64,000 nucleotides of DNA from Octopus sinensis (GCF_006345805.1 NC_042999.1:47306001-47370000); one strand, 5' to 3'. Positions 38,220-51,679 are shown, counted from the first letter of the stretch. Program-made: numbers and translations. The notes: a model not told the origin generated them from the sequence alone.

Positions 38220-39140
38220 GATTGAGTCATGATGAGAAGGAAATTCTAGAAATGTTTTGCTGTAAAATGCGAGGGGTTAACAATAAAGTACCAGAAAATG
38301 TAAGATCTATGGACAAAGGAAAAATAAGGAGAGCCATAGGCAACATAAATGGCGTTTTGAGATGAGCTACAACAGAGCACCTTAGTGAAACAAACCAAAT
38401 AACCATAGGTGCTGTTAATGATGCAAATGACATAATAGGAAACAAGTGAAAGATTGTTGAAGAAAAGAAAGGGAAAGAAAGGAAGGAACCAAACTGAAGA
38501 AAGAGAATACGAATGAAATTGGAAAAGACCCGGAGAGAACTGAGGCATTAAATAGGATAATGAGAGGAGAACGCATGAATCAGGTAGTAATCAGAAAATT
38601 TTAATGTGTAGTATAGGTAAGATGAAAGGGTAATGGCGTTAAAGGGCAAATTGAACCGATATGTTGTTAGATGCGAAGGTTTTGAGCATAACATATTGCT
38701 TCAAATGAAATAGTAGGCGTAATTTTAGGAAATAGAGGGATAACGACTTAATTGAGTGATTCATCATGTTGAAGAAAGGAAGTAAAATATTTGCAGAAGA
38801 ACTTCGGAACAGGACAGCGTGGCCTGCAGAAAGGGCAGAGTTGCTGACACAAGCGGAGAGACAACTTCCAACTGTGTTAAGACAAATGGACGTTAGAATT
38901 GATATCTGTTCGCTGAGACTGAAGTTTAAAAAATAGAAGATTCAAAAGGACCATGCCCACATGGAGTGCAAGCTAAATAATTTTACTTAGTTGCATGAAA
39001 GAATGGTTGGCGACCTTGATGAATATCTGCAGCAGAAACTCGTCTGTCCTGGATGACAAGTTGACGAAAGCTGTTATCTCCCAAGGACTCCTTGAAAAGC
39101 AAATTGGTATCAAAATGTCCGACCTATAACTTGTTTATCA
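38220..39140 (+). pseudogene. Highly decayed R4/Dong-clade ORF, N-terminal linker to RT start
   Basis: LSETNQIT..KEPN*RKRIRMKLEKTRREL..GPHGVQ..WMTS..PKD..NVRPITCLSL, matching EPWWKRR..GPDGV..WMT.GRT.LI.KD..NYRPITCL. Confidence 0.65.
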
Positions 39141-39329
39141 CTTAAAAACACAATCACACTAACCGCTAATGCAACTGTCCTCTCTCTATTCTCCTCTCTC
39201 AAAACTTCAGTCGCATGCTAAGATTTAGCCCCTTTTCTAGGATCATGCTTCTCAGTCTAGCTCATCTACAAAACCAATTTGCTGGAATACACCACCTACT
39301 CTTGTACCCTCACTACAAGTGAAAATTAA

Positions 39330-39850
39330 AAACGTTGATCAATCGTTGGACAATGTGGTAGATATCTCTCTTCCGTCACTCTAATCGGGTTCAGCTCCTT
39401 TCACTAAGGCCTCACTTTTCCGGCGAAAGAAAGGGGGCGGGACGATCTGCAGAGTGGATGCAGTTTATAGCCCTATCCGTCCTAAACGCAGTAGCAAGGT
39501 TTCAGCATAACTCCCAAGTACGCAATGCTTGGGCCCATGATGAATGTGTGCAGAAGTTTCTTTTGTCTAAACGCGTCTCATATAGGCGCAGATGATAACA
39601 CTTTCATACTGCAAGGAACAAAATCTGCCGCCACCCAGCATGGAATTCCCCCATGGTAGCACAGCTAGATCAGACATTTCTGGAATTATCCATAGGTTCT
39701 AGTCCGGAAGTTCTCCGCAACAGATCAATCATCTATTTTCTCTGATGTCTAGTTTCCATGAGATATGTACCTCATCAACTTTCTATATAGAATTCTACGG
39801 AATGTCAACCGACAGCATTGTCCAAATAGTACAAGGCTCTCACCATCTTG
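39330..39850 (+). pseudogene. Possible RTE-type AP-endonuclease relic
   Basis: SGIIHRF*SGSS..LFSLMSSFHEICTSSTFY resembles GIIGRFG.G..N.NG..LL.FC....L.ITNTFF; very degenerate. Confidence 0.3.
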
Positions 39851-40436
39851 CGACAGTCTACGTGCCAATCCCGCTTCCTCGATGTTTGCTTGAGCTAGGA
39901 CTGTAAAGCAATCTAACACACAAGTTACCTAAATACACTCCTGAGATGAAGACGGGTTAACATCAAAGAAACACTGGAACTGTAGACTCAACGCTCAGGA
40001 ATAAGCTTTGAGAGTTAATTACAGCAGGTTCCAAATAGATAAGCGTATTAAAACGTCCCTTTGTAGGGTATGAAGCATCAAAAGTGAAACACTCTAATAT
40101 AATGTGAGTAAGTGTAGCAAATTAATTCGAAAGGATTACATAAAGAGGTATGCTAACATTAATTGTAGATTGTGTGAGAAGAGGGTTTTGAAAGGACATT
40201 GAAATGGTACCAACCTATAATACAACCATTCACTACAACCAGTTGTCCGTCACCCCAAGTCCAGAGATACATTTATCTCAGTTCATTTCCAGATGAGACC
40301 AGCCAGTATGCTGTTCACTTCTTTTCAAATCTTGTTCAACTGGACCAGATCAAACTCTAACTAATTTAACCTCTCCATATGTCCAGAACACACAACGATG
40401 CTGGATGTCATGGATTAGACATAATGAACAGCCAAC

Positions 40437-40570
40437 GAAGACCAACATTGGCTTTCATCCTTTCAGGATCGATAAATTAAGTACCAGTTGCCTACTGGGG
40501 TCGATCTAATCGACTGCTCCCCTCCTCCCCCCACAAATTTCGGCCCTTATGCCTGAAGTAAAAAAAAATA
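40437..40570 (+). mobile_element. 5'-truncated SINE with 16-bp TSD
   Basis: ATAATGAACAGCCAAC at 40421-40436 and 40571-40586 flanks the SINE body ending in an A-tail. Confidence 0.9.
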
Positions 40571-41144
40571 ATAATGAACAGCCAACCGAAATGTGAAGCT
40601 ACAGGCTCAATGATTTCTGGTTAAAAATTACTCCTGTCAACGCTTCGTATTCCTTTGGAGCAATACCAGTCAACTCGATTCGTTTGTGCCCGACAATATT
40701 ACCGTGACGAAATAAGCAAACACAGACCTGCATCGTATTTTTCACGGAACCCCACTCAAAATCTGCAACTACTTCTCAGGAGGATTCCATAGTGAGGAGC
40801 CTTCAGAACAGCCAACATGTACTGATGATTGAACCTATAGGGTCATACCTTTTACCTTAACTTTCTATGATGAAATACTTATAATATTAGAGTGGATAAG
40901 AACGAAATAAAAAAAAAAAGTTAATTGATTGCAGACGATAAATGTGATTATTACTTCTATCGTAATTGGCACAAACTGATAAGCTGGCTGAAGTATACTG
41001 ATGTACAGCAAGGTGTCATCTTATATACTGCAAGAAAACCAAGAAAGCTTCTTGTGAATTGAAAACATTTGTTATAACAAAACTCAAAGAGTAACACCCC
41101 TGCTAACTAAATAAGCAAATAATATATTACTACTACTACTGCTA

Positions 41145-41265
41145 TGGAGGCACATGGTCTAGTGGTTAGAGCAGCGGACTCGCGGTCCAGGGATCGCGGG
41201 TTCGAATCTCAGACCTGGCGAGGAAACCGGGAAATCGGCCCTTGTGAGCCAGGCATTGCTCGAGA
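41145..41265 (+). mobile_element. Internally deleted SINE (tRNA-like head fused to tail)
   Basis: ggaggcacatggtctagtggttagagc..gggttcgaatc head directly followed by ggaaaccgggaaatcggccctt..gagaaagaac tail seen in 5200-5446. Confidence 0.7.
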
Positions 41266-41344
41266 AAGAACAAACTGCTACCGAACACCATATAATTTAG
41301 TACTGCTGACATTCTATAATACATTTAGATTGTAAAGGCAACAT

Positions 41345-41545
41345 TTATTGGTTTCAAATTTTGGCAAAGGCTAGTAATTTCAGAAGAGGTGAGTAGTCGA
41401 GTACATCGGTTCCTGTGCTCACTTTATCGATCGCGAAATAATGAAATACATAATCGAATTCGGCGGAATTCAAACCAAAAGAGTAGAGAGGGAAGAAATG
41501 CATTTTACCCGGCATACTAACAATTCCACCAGCTCGTCGCATTAA
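41345..41545 (-). mobile_element. Decayed SINE (5535-type)
   Basis: attggtttcaaattttggc..cggcggaattcaaac..cccggcatactaacaattccaccagctcgtcgc. Confidence 0.7.
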
Positions 41546-43126
41546 AGGCTCCATTTCTAGAACATACTTTAGTACATTCCATGTATTAAAGTAATGTGTG
41601 ATTTTTTTAAACTTTAAAAAGAGCAAAGACTGCAAATATATTTGAGAATGGTTGGGATTAATCCTCAGGCAAGAAAGCTAATTAAATAATCTACGAGATT
41701 AACGGTAATGTTATTGCGTTAATTTATTTATAAAATTGTGTTTTGCTTGTGCCGGAGTGAATAATCAAAATTTGACAAAGATGTTATTGAAAAAACAGTG
41801 AACTTGTGAAAGAAAAAGTATATTTCTCAAGTGAATAACGTGCTTGCTATTCGTTCAGAATTTCATTTTTCACTTGGCACAATGTAAAAAGGTCGACAAA
41901 AAATGCGTGGGAAAGTGACTCTAATCCTCGAATGTCACAAAATTTACGAAATATAAATTCATTTCTATAAAGTAAATTTTGCCTGAGCAGAACTATACAC
42001 ACATACTTTCCCATGCTTACGCACATGCACACATACACATTCCAACAAACATATATACACACATGTATATAACAGGGTTGTGGTTTGATCATTTTTCAGA
42101 ATGTCATAAAATAATAGAGGTAAAGACTCACACAAATGCAAAAGCTGCACATGTACAGACATAACTATACACATGCAGATATGCATTATACATATATACA
42201 TATTCAATACGTAAATATGTGTGGTTGTGTGTGTGAGAGAGGGAGACGAAACAGGAATTTATCTGCAAAGTCGATTTTCCGTTTTTTTTCCACCAGGTTA
42301 TAAAATAAAATGGGGGAAGCACAAAACCATGCAAACGTGCGTATTAATATCCTTAATGTTGATACGGTCATTTAACATCAGTTGTAAACAAAATCAAGAC
42401 GAAGAGAAACGAAGGAAAACAAGTGTTGGTTTAGATAGCCTACGACCCACCACAATTATGAGTGTCTGTTCTCTCTTTATATAAATTTACTAAATATAGA
42501 CAGTGCTGATGGATAAGCAGACTCGTTTGATAGCGTACTACTGTAATCAAAAATATCAAATTTAAATTTTAAAAATGGTAAACCTGATATTTAATTCAGA
42601 AGCACACAGACATGTGAAATAGGAGCTGATGCAAATTCTAGAGCTCGTAAAAATTTTAGTCAGGTAAAAGAAAAACATACATACAACATTAAAACGTAGA
42701 CACCCACATTGGATTATTCATAAATAACGCAATATCACGTACGAACCCTACAAGATACCTAAAGTTTTATTTTTTTAAAGGATTCGCTCAATGGGCTTCA
42801 GTTCTGCTTGAACAACATCTTAAACGCTGTAGTCGTTCATGTGAAAACAAATACCAACTGCAGTGTTGTGGTTATTTTATCACTTTTTGTTGGTCGAACC
42901 AGAAACATACGGAATATAACACGATAAATCATAAACAAGTATTTTTTCCTCCGAGATTTCCGTAAATATAAACAGACACAGATATGTGTATCATATACAT
43001 ATATGCGTGTAAATTTGAATTTCACTGTGCATATGTGTATATACAAATGAATGTATTTAAGTATGTATGTATAAATGCATTTATGTATGTATGTGTATTC
43101 TCTCCCACTCTCACTTCCTGTATCAT

Positions 43127-43158
<32 letters not shown>

Positions 43159-43292
43159 ATACACTTATTTGTTTTTGTGCATAATTACTTTTCGAGTAAG
43201 CTTTGAAGATGCGAATGCATATTTCACCTAAAACGTATAGTATAATCCTAGTTACATGCATACCTAAGTTGATTTATATACATACAAATGTA

Positions 43293-44275
43293 TAGGGTGC
43301 GGTGGATATATTGTCGTCTAAATTACGCAAAAATGAAAATAACACCGACACCTCATTTTAACAGATATATTTACCAAAATTACATGGAAATATATTGAAA
43401 TACTAAAGAGTAGATATATTCAATAAAATCTCCATTGGCTTCAACCACGGCCTCCAGACGACTTCGGAATATCCTACAACTCCTCTGGAAGGTCTCCTTG
43501 TGTAAGTTGGTGAATGCTGCCAAAATACTTGCTGCGCACATAATGAGGTCGCAGAGTTAGGTGGCCAGCTGTTAGGGTGATTTGGTCGCAGAAATTGTCT
43601 AACAGCCATGACTATGTTCTCCTGCTTGTGTAGCATATTACAGAGTCCAGTTGCCAGACATACATTCTTCCAGAATCCAACGTCTTGACTCGGGGCAGCG
43701 CTAACACCACAAGGTACTTGATATACTCCTCCCAGTTGAGTCTGAGGCCATGTGGGAAGGCGAATGAAGGCATAATGCCACCATCATTAGGGATCACTCC
43801 AAACAACATAATGTTGATTGGATGTTTGATATTTATCTGGCAAAACTTTTTTCGTCTGAGAAAAGCCAAGCATGTTCGGTTGGATGGGGATGCTTGAGTT
43901 TGTGGAAAAGCGTCGTAGCGCGGTCTTTGCGCTTGTCTTTGAGGGCTTGGGATAAAAATTGACCCTTTCCATCTTGTACAAGGATGACCGAATGTCTTTA
44001 TCACTACTTGATTGATAAGAATCTCACAAGCGCACGTGTTCCTGGCAATGGACCTGATTGAATTGAAAAATTGTTGTTAATCATGGTCTGGATCTCACCA
44101 ACAGATTCAGGAGTTCTTTTCTTATTAGAATTATCAGAGTGAGTTTTCCGAGCTGCCATACCTTAGACTCATATTTACGAATCCTCTGCACTGTCCTTAA
44201 ATTGACACCCAAACAATCTGAAATGTTCGTACTGAAGATGCCGGCGCGAATGCCTATCAGTACAGCATAATTTTT
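43293..44275 (-). mobile_element. Tc1/mariner superfamily maT (DD37D-like) transposon relic, one TIR retained
   Basis: KHPINIMLFGVIPNDGGIMPSFAFPHGLRLN..YVWQLDS..TSRRT..WPPNS..RLEAVVEANGDFIE; TA + (c/t)agggtgcgg TIR at 43291-43320; other end truncated by a SINE; third Asp region deleted so spacing not countable. Confidence 0.85.
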
Positions 44276-44279
44276 TTAT

Positions 44280-44575
44280 TGCTTTATTTTTTTCAGTCAT
44301 GTGACTCGGCCATGCTGGAACACTGCATTTAGTTCAAGAAATCGACACTGGGATTTATTCTTTGTAAGTATAGTACTTGTTCTATCAGTGTCTTTTGCCG
44401 AACAGCCAAGTTATGGGAACTTAAACACAGCAATATCGGTTGTCAAGTAATGGTGAGGGTACAAACACACACAGACACAAAAATATACACATATATATGA
44501 CAGTCTTCTTTCATTTGCCATGTATTAAATCCACTCACAAGACTTTGGTCGACATTAGTGAGGAATAATATATAT
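44280..44575 (-). mobile_element. SINE (6158-type)
   Basis: tttcagtcatgtgactcggccatgctggaacactgc..tccactcacaagactttggtcg. Confidence 0.85.
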
Positions 44576-44587
44576 ATATATATATAG

Positions 44588-44631
<44 letters not shown>

Positions 44632-44721
44632 GTGTGTATGTATATATATACATATATATATATATACATATATATATATATCCATATATATAAACATATT
44701 CATATATAGATAGCCATATAT

Positions 44722-44935
44722 ATTACTCTTTTACTTGTTTTAGTCATATGAGTGTTGCCATGCTAGAACACAGCGTTTTAGTTGAAGAAATCGACTCCTG
44801 GACTTATTCCTTCTTAAGCCTGTTGTATATTTTATCGATTCCTTATGCCGAACCGCTAAATTACGGCAAAGTAAATACACCAACATCGATTGTCAAGTGA
44901 TGGAAGAGAGGACAAACACAGACACAAATACACAT
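44722..44935 (-). mobile_element. SINE 3' half (6158-type)
   Basis: tactcttttacttgttttagtcat..gccgaaccgctaaattacgg..ggacaaacacagacac. Confidence 0.85.
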
Positions 44936-45874
44936 ACTAAGGTCAACCTTCTTTTTCTGCCGGTCGATAAAATGATATACCAGTACTAGGGCCAATTGTA
45001 TCAACTAAATTCGTTCTATCAAAATTATTAGCCTTGTGCTTAATTTAGAAACAGTTGTATATTGAGGAGGTAAATGCGTTCTGTCAGGTTATCAGAGGTC
45101 GTCAATTATTACAACGTGAAAATATGTCGAAAATCATTTTATGTTGCACAAATTTGAAGCAGTTGGATAAGGATATAATTAAATGCATTATATTATCGCA
45201 CTTTGAGTTAGGAATAATAATATAATTTGCAGATGAAAATGCTCTTTTATAACGTTAGTAAACATCCTAATTTACGATAGCTTTTAAAAACGTTTTCCAA
45301 ACAATTTCGACGGAAACGAAATGATTTATAGAGATCAAACGGGAAAAAGAGGTAAAAGCATTTAAATCCTCTACACAATATCTTCAGTTCACCACAAAAA
45401 AGAGAGAGAAATAATTCATTTGAAATAGAAAATAACAAGACAAGTGATAAAAGCAAAAGTTGTAGCTATAGTATGAATAAACAATTCGAAATAGAAATAA
45501 TGTTTATCGTCTTTATATTTAATGGAGCGAACCTTAACAGAAAAATCGGTAGAAATAGTTATGGGTGTATTGAGGGCAAACCGATTTAATTAAAGGGTGA
45601 GGCGGCAGAAACCCATGGTTAATCTCATCCGACACAACTTTTGGATACATATTTCTCCGTTCCTGTCTTTTACATTTACCTTACAATTACTGCGTGTTTT
45701 AATTAATTATTATTTACATATACAATCTAAAATAGCCTTGTATTGTGTAAGAAAAATACTATTCTTGGGCTTATAAGTCATTTTCAATTTTTTGAGAGTT
45801 ACATTTTCAACAGTTTGGATAATCTTTTAATACTAATAGTTATCTTTACATATATATTTTTCTTTTTCTTTTCT

Positions 45875-46083
45875 TTTATATGTTTCGGTGATTTGACTGC
45901 GGGCATGCTGGGTCACCGCCTTTTAGTCGAACAAATCGACCGCAGGACTTACTCTTTGTAAGCCTAGTACTTATTGTATCGGTTAATTTTGCGGAACCGT
46001 TAATTTACGGGGGCGTAAACACACCAACATCGGTTGTTAATCGATCGAAGGTGGGGGACAGATACACACACACACACACACCC

Positions 46084-46156
<73 letters not shown>

Positions 46157-46316
46157 GACGGGTTCCTTTCAGTTTCCGCCGACGACGACCAAAGCCACTT
46201 ATAAGGCTTTGGTCGGGCCGAGGCTAAATTACAAGACACTTGCTCAAGGTGACACGCGGTGGTACTAAACATGTAGTCGGTAAGCAAGCTATTTACCACA
46301 CAGCTACTCCTGCGCC

Positions 46317-46317
<1 letters not shown>
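45875..46317 (-). mobile_element. Full-length SINE (6158-type) with tRNA-like head
   Basis: Minus head taggcgcaggagtagctgtgtggtaaatagcttgctt; internal (TA/CA)n; 3' gcctagtacttatt. Confidence 0.88.
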
Positions 46318-46392
<75 letters not shown>

Positions 46393-46461
46393 GTATACAT
46401 ATATAAATATGTGTATATATATGTATATATATATATGTATATATATATATGTATACATATA

Positions 46462-46505
<44 letters not shown>

Positions 46506-46639
46506 GATATATGTATATATATATATATGTATATGTATATGTATATATATATGTATATATGATATATTTATTTATTTATTTATATATATTATGGGAAGGG
46601 TCTATACATAAAAATACACACACCCATTCCGTTATTCTT

Positions 46640-46953
46640 GTATAGTTTGACTTGTTTCAGTGATGTGACTGCAGTAGTGAAAAAACACCCAGGTAAATCG
46701 ATCCCAGGATATATTCTTTTTAAGACTGGTACTTATTCCATCGGTCTCACTTTTTACGGAGATGTAAACATACCAACATCTGTTGTCAAGCGATGGTCGG
46801 GAGACAAACAAAGAAACACAGACACACGTAAAGATATAAATACATATCTATAAACACGGCGGGCTTCTTTTAGTTTCATTCTACCAAATTCACTCACAAA
46901 TCTTTGGTCGGGCCCGTGGCTATAGTAGAGGACACTTGCCCAAGGTGCTACAC
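46640..46953 (-). mobile_element. SINE (6158-type), head truncated
   Basis: tgacttgtttcagtgatgtgactgcag..cgggcttcttttagtttc..gacacttgcccaaggtgc. Confidence 0.85.
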
Positions 46954-46961
46954 ATTATTAT

Positions 46962-47105
46962 TTGTGTGCCTTGGGTATGTGCTATTGTTTGCTGTGATGC
47001 TCAGTATTGAAAGGGTTATACGTAGGAAGTATGCGGTGCCTAGTAGAGCTATTTTCTGTAAGCCATATATGCTTATAATTCCTGCTACTTGTAAGTCCTT
47101 GTGTC

Positions 47106-47157
<52 letters not shown>

Positions 47158-47224
47158 GTTATTATTATTATTATTATTCAGTAGTTTTATTTTTATAGCG
47201 TGCTTTCACTTCACTACCGAGCGC
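46962..47224 (-). mobile_element. Two R4/Dong 3'-end pieces in permuted order inside a (TTA)n tract
   Basis: 46962-47105 matches ~8139-8272; 47179-47224 matches 8278-8323 (45/46 nt). Confidence 0.85.
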
Positions 47225-48188
47225 TATTATTATTATTATTATTACAGGCATTTTAGAAGATATACTGAAAATTGTTTTGGCTAAAAAATACCTATGCCAG
47301 AAATAGCATGATTTGCATGATTTATGGAATGCCTAAATATGTCTCATTTTATTTGATTTGCCAATGATATTACAGAACTGGTTATGTGTTCCTGCTGTTG
47401 TACTAAGCTCAATATAATCATAGACAAGGTTGGGAAAATGATATTTGCTGTCATCACTAGAAAGTTTTATCAAAAACCCGGACAATAGCATGAAATATAT
47501 TGCAAGCCCTTGTCATGTGAGCATCAGAGAAGTAGTGATTAGAAATATACAGGACAGAACGAAAAAGAGAAATAAAACTAGTAAACAATAAGACCATTTT
47601 ATTAGAGAGCTTGGAAGAGAGAGAGAGAAAGAGGGGGAAAGAGAGAGAGGGAAAGAGAGAGAGAGGGAAAGAGAGAGACAGGGAAAGAGAAAGATGATAT
47701 GTTTTAGGCATTTAATTAGTACCGCATATAACAGATGGAAAAATGAAAGGCTAAAGAGGAGGGGCAGAGACAGGGATAATGCAGATATATTAATGCATCA
47801 GAAACGAAATCATATATCAGTGAAGATATAAGGACAAACAAAAAAATATAGATGATTGTGGTAGTGTTGGGGATAGTGGTCATGTTGTTTGTGATGGTGG
47901 TGATGATTGTGTTGGTGATGAGGATGATGACGATGATGATGATGACGATGATGATGATGAGGATGATGATGAGGATGATGATGATGGCGAATACTATGAT
48001 TATGTTAATTTTCTAACAGCCAACTGTTGTTTTTATTCAACAGCTTTCTTGGTGTAATTCCTGAATTATCTTAGATATGTTGCCAAGTGTTTATTAAAAT
48101 TTGTTATTGCTAAGACAATAACAACTAGATTAGTACACTATCGTAATTTGTTTAATAAAAATCGAGCCAAACTTATTAAGAAACTTAC

Positions 48189-48339
48189 CTGTATATCTAT
48201 ATGCTTGAAATCCGCAGTATTTCTGCGTTTTTATTTTATAAGATACGCGGTTGTTCATATGAGTACCAGAAAGATTTCTCCAATGAAGTTGAACTTCGAT
48301 GGCTAGCTTTTCTGCGACATTGTCTTCGATATATGACGT
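48189..48339 (-). CDS. Candidate exon (TSYIEDNVAEKLAIEVQLHWRNLSG..YCGFQAYRYT)
   Basis: Strong CAG/gtaagt donor, 151-nt open frame, weak acceptor; ends in phase 1. Confidence 0.2.
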
Positions 48340-48523
48340 CTATACTTCTGTAGCATATTTTGATTCAATACAAGTGATGCTTTCTCATTGCTAGTGTAAA
48401 AGATATAGATATTCGTTTCACAAAACCACTGTATTAGCAACTTGTGTCGCAAATGTTATTGCATAAATTGTCCTTATATAAGCTGCATTTGTTTAGCGAA
48501 GCATTCACCAGTATGTACGTACC

Positions 48524-48666
48524 TATGTATGTATGTATGTATGTATGTATGTATGTATGTATGTATGTATGTATGTATGTATGTATGTATGTATGTATGT
48601 ATGTATGTATGTATGTATGTATGTATGTATGTATGTATGTATGTATGTATGTATGTATGTTTGTAT
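48524..48666. repeat. (TATG)n tetranucleotide microsatellite, long and nearly perfect
   Basis: Read directly; one of many (TA)n, (TAA)n, (CTAT)n, (TAC)n, (GAT)n tracts in the window. Confidence 0.98.
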
Positions 48667-48809
48667 GTATCTATGTATGCATGAATATTTGTATGTACGC
48701 ATGTATGCATATATTTACTTATAAGTCTATCTACTTATCGATCGATCTACATATCTATTTATCAATCTATCTACATGAGTTGTCAACGTATGTGAATATC
48801 ATCATTTAT

Positions 48810-48990
48810 TTGTTTCAGTCATTGGACTACAACTGTGTTCGTGCATTGCTTTTAAGGGTTATAGTCGAACAAATTGACCCTGTACTTGCCCTTTCAAAAA
48901 TTCTATATTATCCTTAAAATCTCTTTAGCCGAACAGCACAGCTATGTTGATAAGATACATCAAACAAGTACTAGTTCTAAAGCCTACGGT
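48810..48990 (-). mobile_element. Decayed SINE 3' half (6158-type)
   Basis: ttgtttcagtcattggactacaactgtg..tagtcgaacaaattgaccc..gccgaacagc. Confidence 0.7.
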
Positions 48991-49242
48991 TACACACACA
49001 CATACACACACACACTCACTCCTCTCTCTGTCTCTCACTCTCTTTTTAACACATGCACACACAAGCACACACATACACACTTGCACACAAATATATGCAA
49101 TGGAAACATCTAGAAGACGCTGTTTCCGTTCCACTCACCAAAGTGAATAGACTTTTGGGCAGGAGGAACTGATATCAATCAGATGGTATGCAACGAGTCA
49201 GAGATTTAGCGCGCATGTGCTCGCAGCCACATCTATTTATAT

Positions 49243-49428
49243 AGATAGATCGCTGGCCACTACATATTCTTTATTTTCTCTCCTTGTTTATTTCTGTGTT
49301 CCTTTCTGTGGAAGAGCGCAGGCACGAAAAGTTAAAGACTTTTTCAATTCCCGAGCGTTATACTAATGCATCTGTTTGCTGTCTACACCACCTGTCTTCG
49401 TCTTTTGTTTTGTTTTGTGAATTCTCCC
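49243..49428 (+). repeat. Copy of the 4610-4791 (TA)n-anchored family, opposite orientation
   Basis: cctttctgtggaagagcgcaggcacgaaaag..acaccacctgtcttcgtc..attctccc(TA)n. Confidence 0.8.
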
Positions 49429-49442
49429 TATATATATATATA

Positions 49443-49512
<70 letters not shown>

Positions 49513-50571
49513 ATATATATATGTGTATATATATCATCTTACAATCATCTCATAATAATGACTTTTATGACTCATTACTACATCAGTCAAATCTAAATGT
49601 ATATATTTGCAATGTCCATTTTCGTTGAATTTTCATATTTTACCCTTACATTTCCACGTGTATTTCATATTTTCTTTGGTACATGGTGAACAATTCCGGG
49701 GGCAACACGTAAGTAGTATTGAACTTGCACTCATTTTATCGACCCCGAGGAGGAGTAAAGGAACAGTCGACATAGAGAGTATTTAAACTCATAAAGTAAA
49801 AACGGGCGAAATGACACTAGGGAGTTTGCCCTGTGCTATAACCAATCTACCAGCTGGTCTTATATATATGCATATTAATAACAAAATACCAAATTACAAA
49901 TATCTATCTATATCAATTTAAAATATCTCTACATCATTTGTATATATATATTTATAAATTATTAAGGTGGCTATTCGCAATTTGAAAACCGAAATGCCAT
50001 AAAAATAGTCGTCATTGAAATGACGGAGGGAGTTAGTAAGCATCAATATTGCTTGTCACACTCGTCAATCTTACGTGACTAAAAGTCGTTTTGACTCTTA
50101 TTTCTAGCAATGCTAGTGCTGAATAGCAGCCTCCGTCACTTTAGTGACGACTTCATCCATATAAAAACAAATTTGTGTATGTGTGTGTGTATGTGTGTGT
50201 GAATGTGTGTGTAGTATTTTATATCATTTATTCATTCTTATTTTCATAACGGCCTTTCAGTCTATATCAAGCCTTCTTAATGATATTTGGAGTACATCTA
50301 CCGAACAAAGGACAAATTAAGCAGCTACTTGGATATTACATGGTGTTCATAGATGAGACTACTTATGTCATACTTCTGGTCTATCATGTTCACATTTAAG
50401 GCTAAACAGCATATTTAAGAAGCAATAGTAATCGCATTTACGATAGAAGTAACAAAAATAACAACAGCAAAGAAAACTGAGACAATTGGGCCACTACATA
50501 GCATATATAAATACACATGCACACACATTCATCCATACATAATAAACACACACCCACACATGCACAGACAA

Positions 50572-50632
<61 letters not shown>

Positions 50633-50750
50633 GTAGAAAAATACAAACTGGGGCAAGAAAGTAAAACATTTAGGAGACGATACAAAAAACACGGACGGGA
50701 CATTCGAAGCCTACAATCTTCAGTCATATATACAGACATAAACGTATATA

Positions 50751-50827
<77 letters not shown>

Positions 50828-50959
50828 CATGTATATGTAAATATATGTACATGCATACATACACATATCCATATATATGCATATATATATGTATATATAT
50901 AATATCTACATACAGACACATTCACACGGACACACAGACACACACACACACACGCATAT

Positions 50960-51078
50960 GGGTACAGGCCTGGCTTAGGTTAAGAAGTTTCCTTCCCAAT
51001 GATGTGGTCTGGGTTCAGTCAGATTGGCACATGGGGCAAGTGTCTTGTACTATAGCGAGTATCTTAAGAAAGCCCGTT

Positions 51079-51082
<4 letters not shown>
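50960..51082 (+). mobile_element. SINE head with internal deletion (6158-type)
   Basis: ggttaagaagtttcctt..gggttcagtc..ggggcaagtgtcttgtactatagc..aagcccgt. Confidence 0.7.
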
Positions 51083-51139
<57 letters not shown>

Positions 51140-51144
<5 letters not shown>

Positions 51145-51512
51145 GGCAGTTTGTGCGTGTTTCTGTGTGTCTGTTTGCTTGTATCCTCACCCTGACCACG
51201 GCTTTCAACCGATTCTGATGAAACTTGACACACACATAGCTCAATGTCATACTTCAAAACTAACGCAGCCAACATTTTGAAAAGTTTCCCCAGTTCTGAG
51301 AAACATCGATAAATTCGACATGGGGTCGAGAATCAGAAACACGAACCAGAAACTATCTAGGGGACGCAACTCCATCCTTTTTTAACTCTCAAAAAAAAAA
51401 ATTACCATCATTTTTTTTCCCATTTTGTTGCTATTTTTTGGCTATAACTCTCTAAAAATGCTTTATAGTTATTTCCCTTACAAACCTGAGCAACGCCGGG
51501 CGATACTGCTAG
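51140..51512 (+). mobile_element. Non-autonomous Helitron (DINE/HINE-like)
   Basis: 3' hairpin cctgagcaacgccggg (51485-51500) followed by CTAG (51509-51512) then T; internal gtctgt-type repeat near 5' end; inserted in (TA)n. Confidence 0.75.
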
Positions 51513-51521
51513 TATATATAT

Positions 51522-51573
<52 letters not shown>

Positions 51574-51608
51574 CACATATATATATACATATATATATAT
51601 ATATTATA

Positions 51609-51648
<40 letters not shown>

Positions 51649-51679
51649 TATATATACGCATATATATATATATATATAT

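Noticed and set aside
41145-41215. Apparent tRNA gene
   Set aside because: A/B boxes present but no acceptor-stem pairing; continues into a SINE tail, so it is a SINE head. The same applies to the other tRNA-like heads.
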